A stretch of DNA of 64,000 bases from assembly GCF_009914755.1 (NCBI RefSeq), contig NC_060928.1. One strand, given 5' to 3'. Under the pieces are notes generated by a model. The model had not been told where the DNA came from, did not search any database, and saw only the letters and a program-made list of their open reading frames with translations. This document shows positions 27,349-40,690 of the stretch, piece by piece. The position numbers and the translations under genes were made by a program. Each line of letters begins with the position of its first letter. The first letter of the stretch is position 1. Source of the stretch: the human T2T-CHM13v2.0 reference genome, Homo sapiens.

Positions 27349-28361
27349 AACATAAAATAAACTCTCAAAAAAAAACTCACAAAATAAAGCTTATAGACTA
27401 TTTTTTACAACTGCCATATGATTAAGTTAGAAATCAGTGACAAGGTAGTAAAAATGCTCCAGAATTTATTTATAAATCAGCAAATTATAATTCAAAGAAT
27501 AAATAATAATGGGAATTTAATATTTAAAATTAACAGTAATATAGAAATACATAACTGAAATATTTATAGTAGAGCAGGATGGCTAAAATTTAATTAACAA
27601 AGCACCTAATTTGGCGAATCAATGAAATAACAAACTCATATTGCCAAGAACACAGACAGAAGGAAATAATAAAAAGAAGTTACTCGTATCAAAAATGAAA
27701 TGAAAATACAGAGGACTACTGAAATTTATTAACCTTTGGCAAGCTTAATCAGGAACAAAAGTGGAGACACCAACAGACCAAGTAAGAACTGAAAAAGGGA
27801 ACATCATTATAGGCACAACAGACTTTAAAATGGTAAAAGAATATTAGTGAACAAACACATATGTAGAAAAATATCTAGCAACAAAAATTACTCATGAGGG
27901 AATAGTAAAACTGACTATCTTTCTATAACCATCAATGATATTGAACCAATAGCTGAAAATCTTCCCTCAAGGAAATACCAATTCAAGATCAGTTTGCTGA
28001 GAAAGGTCCAACGTATTCCCCATTACATAGTCTCTTGTCCAGAATGGAAAATTGGGAAATACACTGCAACTCATTTGATGAGGCCAGCACAAATGTGATG
28101 CTAACCAGCAAGGAGAGTGAAAGAAAGAAAATTACAGGCCATTCTCATTAATACTCATTAATGAAACACTGCACTAATGTACTAACAAATAATAATATGT
28201 CATGACCAAGTTGAATTTATCTCAGAAATTCAAGTTTCGTTTAACATTACCAAACCCATTAACATAAATCTTTATATTAACAAAAGCAGAAGGAAAAATA
28301 TATAATCACTTTAATAAATAAGGAAAATATTGATTAAATATATAGATAAATATATATTGAT

Positions 28362-28364
<3 letters not shown>

Positions 28365-28415
<51 letters not shown>
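28365..28415. repeat. (AT)~25 microsatellite
   Basis: Uninterrupted AT run, preceded by a duplicated 'atattgattaaatatata'. Confidence 0.95.
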
Positions 28416-28418
<3 letters not shown>

Positions 28419-28832
28419 AGTCTCTTGGCAACCTAGAGTCTTTAACCTGATATTCAAAGCCTACCTAAACCTGAAAACAAGCTTTGCATTTTGTGGTGAA
28501 ACATTAGAGCATTTACCTCAAGATTTAGAACACAGGTGCCTGCTATCACCACTTTAATCTAGCCTAACCAGTGTAGTCAGGCAAGAAAGAAAAAAATGTA
28601 AAGGAAATGGAGAGGAAGAAATAAAATTTAATTACTTATAGATGATATAATTATCTATATAACAAACATAAAAGAATAAACAGATTATTCGAATTGATAA
28701 AACTTTTAGGAAGCCTGTTGTCTGCATCCCATCAAAAATATACACTACCAACAGACATGAAAATATGAAATGTTGATATCTTAGCATTTACAATATCATT
28801 AAAATAAGTAAAATGTCTAAAAATGATTTCTC

Positions 28833-29151
<319 letters not shown>

Positions 29152-29347
29152 TTAAGGTCTGGTCTTTTGGAAAGAAAATTATGAAACATTGTGGAATTAT
29201 GTTGAAGAAGTTCTCTCTGTCTCTTGGTCTCTCTAGAGATATATAACATGTTCGTGAACTAGAGAACTCAACGTCATAAAGATGCCATTTATCTTCTAAG
29301 TTATCTGTAGATTTCAAAGTAATTCCGGCCTAAAACCCCCAAAGACA

Positions 29348-29391
29348 GAGAGAGAGAGAGAGAGAGAGAAAGCGAGAGAGTGTGTGTGTGT
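29348..29391. repeat. Compound (GA)n(GT)n microsatellite
   Basis: Direct reading. Confidence 0.85.
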
Positions 29392-29519
29392 ATCCTATAT
29401 TTACATGAAAGAGCAGACATTCAAGAGCCAACGTCCTGCTGAAGTGCTAGCTGGGGAATATAAATTCCAAGATATCATGAGCTACAACAAAGTTATACTA
29501 ATTAGGGCATGTGCATTGA

Positions 29520-29937
<418 letters not shown>

Positions 29938-30959
29938 GATAGCATTTTTAATATATAGAGCCGGGTAAATTGTTTATCCATGCGAAAAAGAAAAAGAGAG
30001 AAAGAAAAGATCCCCAAACTCCTCCACACTATACACAAATTAATCAATTGCAGGCTATTAAAGATTTAAAAGTGAAAGGCAGATTTTGTGATGTTTGGAA
30101 TTCAACGTAGGAAGCTATGATCTCATGTTAAGTTTCTTTAAACAATACACAAAATGAATGAATCATAAGGAAAAGTTCGCTATGACTCATTGACCTGAAA
30201 TTACGGTCACCAAAAGGAAATATCAAAAGAGAATAACAACTCAAGTCACAAAATGAGAAAAGTGTGCAGAATAAATAAATAATGCATACAAATCAATATG
30301 AAAACGACAAATGCCTGACCAAAAAAAAAAAAAAAAAATCTTTTGCCTGGCAAAAGATTTGACAAGCATTGTGTGCAGACGAGAAAAGCTTAATGGCTAA
30401 TAAATATCTGAAAGGATGCTTAGCTACACCATAGTCAACAAAATACAGATTAAATCTATACTATAGTCAAAAAATACAGATTAAAATCACTCACTGGTTT
30501 CGTAAAAATTAAAACTGCCAGTATGGAAGGACTGGCATGACTTTGTCCAAAGTCATGAAGAAACTGGGTCACATAGGCACACTTGTGGGTAGAAAGCATA
30601 AAATGACCTGGCTGCTTTGGTAATTGTGACATCGCCTAGTAAAATCAGAGGTGTGCATACGCTGAGTCTCAGAAATTTCAGTCCTAGGAATATACCTTCT
30701 GTACAGATACTCCTGAATCTATGCTTTAGGACATGTAAACTGGATTGTTCTTAACAGCACTTGTATTAGCAATATTTAGGAAACAACTCAAGTGTCTATT
30801 GACTGGAGAGTGTATAAATAAATGGTATTATATGCACATAAAAATATTATATTTCCATAAAATGGAAATAAATATGGCTATCCACAATAGCATGGATTAT
30901 CTTTGGAATGTACATTGGGGCAGTCATAAAACAGACTATAGAACAATCAGAACTAAGAT

Positions 30960-31170
30960 TTACATAGCTCACATTATGTTCTAGATGCTGTTTTAAATGT
31001 CTTATACAAATTAGCTCATTTAATTCTCACAAGAATACTACAAAGTACACACTATTATTATTTTAATTTTGCAGATGACAAAACAGGTACTGAGACTTCT
31101 TAACTTTCTCAAGAACTCATAGCTCGTAACTGGTAGAACCAGTTATCAAAACTCGGCAGTCTGGGTGCAA
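30960..31170 (-). mobile_element. MIR inside the L1M 3' region
   Basis: 'ctcatttaattctcacaag...ttttgcagatgacaaaacagg'. Confidence 0.7.
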
Positions 31171-32019
31171 GATAAAATCTGTAACATGATTCTTTTGGCA
31201 GGAATCTCAAAACCCAGCAAAACCAAAGTATTTATAATGATATAAACTAAAGATAAAAGCAAGTGAATGATTAACCCACACTTCAGGATAGTTTTTGCTT
31301 GTTAGGGGTGAGGAGTTGTGAACATGAAAGGAGGAATGAAAACATCAGAATTAATGGTAATTCATAAAAACTGAGAATGCATACACATATCTAATATGTT
31401 TTATTGTTCTTTATGCCTTATGCATATTTTATAAGTATTCCTTTGTATCTAATCAACATTTAAAGCAATTGAAAACATTAAAAGAGAAAATGAAACCTTG
31501 ACAAAGATGGTAGAGAAATACTTCATGTTTCTTCATCATAAAACTCCTCGAATCTTTGCAGATAGAGTTCTTAGAAAAATCTACAGAAGATGAACTGGAT
31601 GTATAATTTCCGTTATTCACAGAATTTTTGTTCAAACAGACAACAATGGGAACAAATGGCAGCACAAATGCCTCTAATTGCAGCCTACCCAAAAGGAGGC
31701 ATTTCAGGGCAGCAGAATCCAGACGGCCAACACAGGATTTTAAAAATTGTCAGCCAGATTCAGGCCTTTATTCTCCTTCTGATTTTGCACTGCAGCTTCT
31801 TCTTCTCCCCGCCAATCGAGAGATATGAAAAATCAAATTCCACCATCTATCCTAAGTAGTCAAATTATCTTTCCAATTACTTAGAATCAGCTTTTGAGCA
31901 ACAGAAGTCAAATTATCAGTCTTAATGTTATTCTTTACATTAAATCTGGGTAGAAGTTCTCCAGCTGCTGTAATTACTTGAGGAAATCTATCCCCACTGT
32001 CTCCTCCATTTGCTGCTTG

Positions 32020-32330
32020 GTAACATCCCATTGTTCCTCAAGGTCAGCTCACGTCACTGCCTCTGTGAGGATGTCTCCTCTAATGCCACCACACCCCTTC
32101 CCAGGATTTGCTCCAAGTAGAATAACCACTCACTCCTCTGTGTCCTCTTAGCACTTTGCACACACTCAGAACAGAGGACCTCTTATTAGCATCCTGCTCA
32201 CCCACTATCACTTGCTGATTTATTATTATTCTCACTTACAATGAATGTTCTTCATGGTGGAATATCAGGTCCTATGAATCTTTAAATTGTATCCTGAATA
32301 TCTAACAGCAAAGGCCCTTGCATGAAGCAA
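32020..32330 (+). mobile_element. L2 3' fragment
   Basis: 'tcctcaaggtcagctcacgtcactgcctctgtgagg'. Confidence 0.55.
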
Positions 32331-32892
32331 TGATTGTGATGATGATATAGCCAGCCGACAGTATCTGTTCCAGTCATCTGTTGCTGCCTAACACACCACT
32401 CCAAAACAGTAGCTTAAAACGACGGTTTGTTTTTATCTCTCCTGGTTCTCAGCTGGGGGGTTTCCTCTAGGGGTCTCTGGTGCTGTTTCATTCAGATGGT
32501 TATTTCAGGGCTGAACTGAGCTGAACGCCCAGACTGGATCCCTGGTTCTCAAGGCGGGTGCCTAGTGCCCCAGCCTCCCTATCTCCCCAAAGGGTGTCTC
32601 CCCAGGACTTCTCCGCAAGGCTTGGGTGTCTACAGTAGAGCGGCCATAGCATATGACTTTGGAGGAAGGTGGCTTCTAAAGGCAGGAAGCAGAGCTGGCC
32701 AGACTGTTAAAGACTATGCATGGACCCGACACAGTGTCCCTTCTGTCACACTCTGTTGGTCAAAACTGCTGTAGGCCCATGCAAGTTAAGGGAGGTGGAG
32801 AAATAGATTCACCCTTGAATGGGAAGTGTCAGCATACACTGCAGAAAAGCATGTGGGGTGGGATACGTTGTTGTAGCCATCTTTGGAAAGTA

Positions 32893-33258
32893 TTAGATTG
32901 GTGTAAATGTAATCACAGTTTTTGCTATTAAAAGAAATTGCCAATTTGGGAGGTGAGGCGGGTGGATTACCTGAGGTCAGGAGTTTGAGACCAACCCAGC
33001 CAACATGGTGAAACCCCGTGTCTACAGAAAATACAAAAAATGAGCTGGGCATGGTGGTAGGCACCTGTAATCCCAGCTACTCAGGAGGCTGAGGCAGGAG
33101 ACTTTCTTGAACCCGGGAGAAGGTTGCAATGAGCTGAGATCGTGCTACTGCACTACAGCCTGGGAAACAAGAGCGAAACTCTGTCTCAAAGAAAACAAAA
33201 CGTAACACACAAAAAAATGGTAATTGCTAAAAGTGTGATTACTTTTGCAGCAACCTGA
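32893..33258. mobile_element. MADE1 mariner MITE split by an Alu
   Basis: Left TIR ttagattggtgtaaatgtaatcacagtttttgc; right TIR gtgattacttttgcagcaacctga. Confidence 0.8.
32945..33217 (+). mobile_element. 5'-truncated AluS (Sq/Sp-like)
   Basis: Starts at 'tttgggagg'; 'aacaagagcgaaactc'; degenerate A tail. Confidence 0.9.
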
Positions 33259-33274
33259 TTCAATTGGCTACAGC

Positions 33275-33440
33275 GCCTATGGCATGCTCCCTATGTACCA
33301 GACACGGTGCTACACACACTGTATACATTAAGTCGCTTAACTTTCTCAACAACCCTTTGAGATAGTTACTATTACGATTTCATTTAATAAAGAAAATGAG
33401 ACTCAGGGAGGCTAAGTTCCTAAAATGTCACGGCTCTGTT
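33275..33440 (-). mobile_element. MIR
   Basis: 'ctatgtaccagacacggtgcta...ctcaacaaccctttgagatag...gagactcagggaggctaag'. Confidence 0.75.
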
Positions 33441-35429
33441 GGCACATGGCCAACCAATATTTCTGTTGGATTATTGCAGAGCTATACTTCTATTGAAGTA
33501 TTTGTTCTCCCCAGTATGGGAGACAGATAAATATTTGACTTTATCATCTCCTTTCACGGATTACCTCAACAGAATCCTTTCTAACCTCTCTCAGAAAAAA
33601 TCCTCCCCACCCCCATAAAAAATACAGAGAAGAATGGAAGTCAAGAATGAAGAACCAAGCTGGAGGCAACTGATATCTGGCTTATGGCAAGTACTTCTTT
33701 CCTCTTATTTGTGACCTGATCTCTCTTTACCAGGAATTCTGAAATTTTACACATCTAGATCTCCAGGAATTCCTTTTTTTTTCCTTTCCAAGGGATACAT
33801 TTTCTAGGACTTCCTGATATTGGTCCCAAATCATATTAATTAAAAACTTTTGGCAATCATTTTACAATTTTACTGTCAGGTGTACTTGAACTTAACAAAA
33901 TTTTCCTGAAGTCAAGTTTTCTCCCTTCTTATGTCTCATCTGTAGGGGAATGTTGGGCCAATGCAAGTTATAGACATGCAAATGACCAGTGTTTTGGACT
34001 TCATGGCTAAAATAGCAATCATAAATGCTGGACTTTATTACTGATTTCTCTGTATGTTTTTATAATCAAATACTATTCTGTTATAAACTATCATCGTGGA
34101 TCAGGTTCTCCAAACACTGGTTTAGTTCACAATATTTCCTAGGATGATTGTTTTTCCTTATTTCCATGTAACAAAATGCAGCCTCTTAATATTTGGGCAT
34201 GATTATGTTAATTGAATTTGTCAAATTAGTTCATGAGTTGTGTTGTTTTCCTGCAGTGGAAGACCATAAAATATGGGATGCCTAAGGGATTGAAAGATTG
34301 CATAGCTATAAAACGACTGTAATAACATTGGGAGACATTATACATATGATACATCAAGTTAAAAACAAAATAGAATGGATAGTTTTATTGGAAAGCCTAA
34401 AAGGAAATATCCAATACCATTTACCGTTTTTCAATGATTCATTTAGTGGTAGTTTCTCTTTATGTATATATTTTTGTATCTTAAATGTTTTACAAAGAAT
34501 TACATTACTTACATGATAACAAACTCATGCATTAACTACATCAGAGCCTTTATTATTCTTTGTGACATTTTCAAAGACCATAATGATGAAAACTCTAACC
34601 TTGTGGACAGTCAGTAGGAGATTTTGTTCAGCTGGAAGTTTCCCAAGTGGTGATAAGCTAGTTAAGTCAACTAGTTCTATCAGCAGCTGGTAATCTTGCC
34701 AGTAAGAGAGAGAGAAGACTATCTTGACATCCTCTATTCCCTCATCACCGACCATCTTTATTGAGTCTCGAAGCCAACCACACCTGCTGCTCCTGCAAAA
34801 GTATCACTGGCCATGTCTGCAACCTCTGGCAAACTCTATCTCTGGATTTCAGCTATGTTCCCTCACAGCTTGCAGCTTTTTAATTACTAGCCAACCACGA
34901 AGCTGAATCCTACCTATATGACTTTGATAGCATCAGAGGACAGACCCAGTTGGCCCGAGAGTTGGTTCATAATTACTTCTGGGTAACTAGGAGGGCAGCC
35001 ATACTGACTACACAGCTGGGTGTAGGACTCTGATCTCAGGGTGCCAAAATTGCTTGTTCTCATTTTCTCTAGATTCAGTGGGATTTACACTTATTTATTC
35101 CTGCAAATCAAAGTGAAGGTGCCCCTGGAGGTCGAAAGCAGGGGTTGTTCACACATGTCATGAAGGAAAATAATGATCTGGAGTTTACATGGAGTTTTAT
35201 CATTCATACACACGAGAGAAATATCATCTATTGGGCAGCTCCTGTGTGCCAGACATTGAGCCCTCTCAAGAGGAGCTGATACACATCACCACCTAGGAAC
35301 TGAATACATTTTATTGTGCAAGGTTTCAAAGAGAAAATATGCCTCTAATGGGCAAAACAGTCATTCACTCAGGTGATGTATCCGTGATGAGAAATACACA
35401 AGCATGATGTTCTTAATCACTATGTCTTA

Positions 35430-35620
35430 TGATATAAGATCACGGATTTTGGAGTCAGAAATATGTCAGTTTTATTCCTGAATCTGAATTTGGGAAACTT
35501 GTTCTTATGTGGCAATATGGAATGCTGTTTTAGTGCTGAGCCATCAGAAAGTATGACATAGATCCTCATGGAGAATGACTAGCACAGTGCCTGGCGTGTC
35601 AGGGAGGGTAAACAATTTTT
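35430..35620 (+). mobile_element. MIR
   Basis: 'ttttggagtcagaa' ... 'agcacagtgcctggc'. Confidence 0.55.
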
Positions 35621-36290
35621 GTATCATTTTTACTCTTTCAGTCTTAAAACTAGACACTGCATTCAAGTGAGAAAAGTATTGCAGAGAAATATCACTATTT
35701 TTGCTTAGGAAAATGCAAAATGTCAATGATTAACATTGACTTGAAGGTGACTTTGTTGATGTCAATACAAAGAGGAATTTTCTTGCTGTTTCCTAAGTCA
35801 TAGGCTCAGAAGGTAATCAGCTCTTTATCCAGAAGAGTGTTTGAGAAGATTCTCAATTCTGTCTCACACAGCTATTGCTAAGGAAATTATAACCATGTGT
35901 GGAAGGTAGAATTCTATACCTCTACGAATCTCTCCACCTCTAAATATCTATCTCTATTTTATTGTTTTGTTTACCATCAAAACTCTTTCCAAAACAAGCA
36001 AATAGGAAATACATATTCCCTATGCAAGAAAAGAACTGCTAGGTTATTACTAGATAGTATGAACTTGTGTTCCTACATAATATTAGACTATTATGGTAGA
36101 GTTACATAATGTATGCAGCATACACAGTGTTGTCTGCTGGGGAGCATCACAACACCGTCTGCTCTAATACTCCTAGAGTATATAGTGTTAAGTTTAATCT
36201 TGGTGATAAAATTGCCTCATAAAACTCTATAGGTAGCAACTTAAACGTCCAACACCAAGGGCAAGATAAAATAAACTGCCAAATAAAATA

Positions 36291-36577
36291 CAGGTTCGCC
36301 ATGCTTGATCTAAATCCCCTGGGGCCAGGAATTCAGAATATGGTGGATTTTAGAAAAGTAACACAGTGCATGTGCTGTACACTGGAACAACCTCTGGTTA
36401 TTAAACACGCTAATATTTCTGTAGTGAAACATGTGATGGTTGGATTAATTGGGATTAATGAAGAACATACATTACCTCGTTGCATGTCAGGTTTTGCTGT
36501 CAAATTAGCTACAAAAACCTTTCAGTATTTCAAAGCCTTTTGACTTTGAAATTGTGGAGAAGGGGTGAGAAACCTTA
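36291..36577. mobile_element. MER46C-like TcMar-Tigger element
   Basis: 'ctggggccag...ggattttagaaaagtaa...taatatttctgtagtgaaac...caggttttgctgtcaaa'. Confidence 0.75.
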
Positions 36578-37709
36578 TTTAAGTCATAGCTCAAAACACC
36601 ATGATTTTAAAGAAAATTTAATCATGTAAGACAATGTTCAGAAAAGGAAACATTGCTATTAAATGAATGACTTAAAACAATGAGTTTTAAAAGTAGATTT
36701 TCTAAAATTTTAAGATATTACACATAGATATAGAAAAATAAACTAAGACAACTGTAACAAGTTAGTGCTGGGTGTTAGGATAATTGGCAATTTTCATTCT
36801 TCTTTGTAATTTGTATATTTTCTAAAATTTCCGTCAATACTGGAGACAATTTCACCAATGAACAAAACAAGCTTAATAACTGCTTAAGCCTTATTTCAAA
36901 GTGGACACTCTGGAGACCTTTGCTCTCTGATCTATCCCCAATCTGGGATGTGCAAGAGTGACTTTCACCCAAATTCCCAAAAGAGCCTGGGTGGCCAGTG
37001 CAGGGCATTGGCTTACTGGAAAGAGCCCAGAAGCAATCACTCAGGTGACTTTGTCTCTTCCAAAGCACTCAGAACCACAGCGTCAAGGTTCTTATCAGTC
37101 CTGTCCAGAATGATGAAGAGGTACTGGAAACCAAACCCCAAGATGCCCTTATCTAGCCCCAGCGGTGTAATGGGGCCGCTAGTGGGTCTGTCTGCTCTTC
37201 TCTAATAGCACCGAGGAATGAGGCTTTCTGCAGTTTAATGGATTGCTAGGGAAGCTGCAAGTTTTATTGCAGGGAAAGTCAATGAAAAATAGCCTGCTAA
37301 TTTCCGAAGCAATTTAGAATCATGACATCCGGATCCCTTCTTAGTACTTGTGGAGTTTTCTCATCACTCTCTATGTAACACGGAAATAATTCTCTTTACA
37401 TATGGCTAATGCTCTTTGAGGGCAGGGACTAGATCTTATTCAACTTTATAAATGAGGTGTGTGAAATGTATACTCAATAAATAAATTTGTATATGATTTA
37501 TGTATACTCAATAAATGCTTTTGACTGAACTGATACAATCATATAAAAACATATGTGTGCATGTGCTTGTATTGTATGTCTGCATACATATACATGCATA
37601 TATACCCATAGGTTCACATACACATGTACATATATAATATATATTTCTATATCATCCATTCATTTATACTTATAAAATTTTCATTGTAAAAGTGCTTAGT
37701 GAGAGATAG

Positions 37710-38074
37710 TCCTATGATTTAAATGTTTGTGAACCCCTTAACTTCATATGTTGAAAGCTAATCACCAAGGTAAGGGTATTAAAAGGTGGGGCCTTTGGGG
37801 GCTGATTAGGCCAAGAGGGCAAAACTCCCGTGAAATGAGATTAGCACCCTTATAAAAGAGGTCCCAGAGACATTCCTTGCCTTCTTTACCATGTGAAGAC
37901 ACAGCAAGCAGACGGCTGTCTATGAATCAGGAAGCACTCTCACCAGACACTAAATCTGCTAGCCCCATGTTCTTGGACTTCCCAGCTCCCAGAACTGTAA
38001 GAAATAAATTTCTGTTGTTCCTGAGTTACCCAGTCTGAGCTATTTTGTTATAGCCACCCGAGAAGACTAAGGCA
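37710..38074 (+). mobile_element. MLT1A0-like MaLR solo LTR
   Basis: 'ggtggggcctttggg', 'ccatgtgaagacacagc', 'agaactgtaagaaataaatttctgttg'; 5-bp TSD GATAG at 37705-37709 and 38075-38079. Confidence 0.9.
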
Positions 38075-38569
38075 GATAGTAAGGAATTAGTCATAGTTAC
38101 AAAGTCTGCTTAGGATTCCGGGTTATAAAATTGTAAGAAATTCCAGATTATAGAATTATGAGACATTATTCCACAAAACTGGATGTAGATTACATTCAGT
38201 TGAGCATTAACAAGTAAAAAAAAATAGGAATGATGTCTGACTATTCTGGTTTCTTTGCTTTGGGGAAGGACACTGAAATTGTTTTTGTTTAAAGCCTCCC
38301 TGATGATTCTAACGCTCCTTCAGGTTTAAAATCTACTACCTTGAATTGACTGGGTTAATAATTTTGACAAAGGAAGTGAGAACTACCCCACAAGGCACAG
38401 CAAAAGAAAAACCTCTGTGTGTGTGGTGATGGGGGGCACACATTTCCAAACTACACTCACACCCAGCCTGACATGTAGCTCCTTCTCTGAGTCATGCCTT
38501 GGCGACTGCTGTGGATAAGTTCTCAAGTGTGCCAGGAAGGAAACGGTGCTGGGAACTCCTGTTCTAGTT

Positions 38570-38742
38570 CAGCACTTCTCAGGCTTTAATGTGTCCAAGA
38601 ATCAACCGAGGATCTTGTAAAAGTATGGATTCTGACTCAGCATGCCTGGGCTGGGCTGTAGCAGCTGAGATTCTGTGTTTCTAACAAGCTCCCTGGTGAT
38701 GCTGACACTGCTGCTGTGCAGCCTGCCCTTAGATCAACAGCA
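38570..38742. mobile_element. MER5A/B hAT-Charlie element
   Basis: 'gattctgactcag...gagattctgtgtttctaacaagctccctggtgatgctga'. Confidence 0.8.
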
Positions 38743-39368
38743 TCTCCCAGCTCAGGACACCCTGGACAGGAAACCCGAAGGTGGAGAATAAAATGTGGAG
38801 TGTACTAGGGCATCTTACCTTTCATTTGTGTGGTGCCAGCTTATGCATTTCTCTTTAATGTGTAAGCGTACTGATGGAGGCGTTCTAATTTTAATATTTA
38901 CTTTTTACTTTGGGGCAGGCCAGCAGCAATCCCATACGGATTGACTGGCCTGAGGGTGCACAAGAGGAAAGAGTGAAGAAGAGTTTGGGACTAGAGGAGG
39001 AAAAGGATGCTCTGAGCTTTAGGAAAGAAGAAGAGTTATTCTTCAAGGCAGGTTCCTAATGTTGAGGTGTCAGATAGTCAAGTGTGAAGGCTCCCCGTGG
39101 ACTCATCCTAATGGGAGGAAGCTAACGTTTGTGAAATGGTGACGGTTTGGCTGTCCTCTGGCCTACGCATTGCCAGCTTCAAATCTAAGGTGACTGTAAA
39201 GCTGAAATCACAAAGTTTCCCTTTGGAAAGCTTGGTGAGAAGCCATGTTCAACAGAGACCAACTCCCTGGCTAAAAGACAAAGCCACTGAAAGTCCTCAT
39301 AAAAGGGGAAAACCTCTCCTTTTACAGAAGAGGCCCTTGGCATAGGGTGGAATCATTAAAAGACATAG

Positions 39369-39668
<300 letters not shown>

Positions 39669-39806
39669 GGCACAGAAGCAGAGACGGAAAGGGTGGAAAT
39701 CTCAGCTGCAAAGCCAAGCAGATGCTCATGGCAAATATTGACAGACATTTCAAAGCCATCCCACGTTGCCCCTGAAGAGGGGAGTGAGTGTGAAGATAAA
39801 GGCTGC

Positions 39807-40281
39807 TGCCCTGGACTGAATGGTGGCCCTACAACACATCCACATCCAAATCTCCATCGCTTGTGAATGTGACCCTGTTTGGGAAAAGCATCTTTGCAGA
39901 TGTAGTTAAGGATCTTGATAAGAAATCATTTCTGACTATCCAGGTGACCCCTAAATCCAATGGCAAATATCTTTATATCAGACAACCAGAGGGAGATTTG
40001 AGGTGAGATGAAGAAAAGAAAATATGGCCAGAGAGGAGAAGGTCATGTGAAATGGAGGCAGAGAGGAGAGTGATGCGGCCACGGGCAAGGAAAGCCAGGA
40101 GCCTCTGGGAGCTGAACAAGACCAGGAAGTATTCTTCCCTTGAGCCTTTGGAGGGAGAAAGGCCTTGCTGAACCCTTAATTTCGAATTTCTGGCTCCCAG
40201 AACTATCAGTGAATAGATTCCCAGTATTTGAATCCATGCAGGTGGTGGTAATTTGTTAGAGCAGCCCAGGACACTAATACA
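39807..40281 (+). mobile_element. MLT1C/D-like MaLR solo LTR
   Basis: 'gtgaatgtgaccctgtttgggaaaagcatctttgcagatgtagttaagg' ... 'ggtaatttgttagagcagcccaggacactaataca'. Confidence 0.85.
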
Positions 40282-40484
40282 CCTGCTGTGCTGTGTATGC
40301 CATCAGCACAAACCTCCAATTTGTCTATCCTATAATGAAACTGCCATTTGCCACGTTTATCCCCAGTGCTAATTTGGGTCTGAGAGTTCATCCCCTTTGT
40401 GGTGCAACCACAGGTTAACCAGCTCACCTGGATTGACATCAGCCCTGACTCCCTTACTGGTGCCTTCTCCATTTCCCACAGTCA

Positions 40485-40690
40485 AAGGAATAATGGAAGG
40501 AGCACTGAACTGGGAGTCAGACAGACTTGAATTCCAGCTCCACCTTCATCTCAATGCTCTGAGCCATCTCAGACAAGTCATTTAGATGAAGAAGCTAATT
40601 TTCCAAGAAGAGCTAGTAATACCTGCCACCCAGTCCTGCTGTAAGGATCGGGGAGGAAAAGGAGGTCACAACTCCTGGCAAAGAAGGGAT
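40485..40690 (+). mobile_element. MIR
   Basis: 'agcactgaactgggagtcagacagacttgaattccagctcc'. Confidence 0.65.

Larger units (their letters stand above)
32366..33272 (-). mobile_element. Old MLT1 LTR (G/H/J-like) interrupted at 32893-33258
   Basis: 'atctgttgctgcctaacacaccactccaaaacagtagcttaaaac', 'ggcccatgcaagttaagggagg', 'gtagccatctttggaaa'. Confidence 0.7.

Noticed and set aside
37466-37516. Short direct repeats (17-mer here; others near 30431-30485, 46564-46590 and 51195-51215) as a CRISPR-like or regulatory array
   Set aside because: Only two copies each with no spacer periodicity; ordinary slippage duplications
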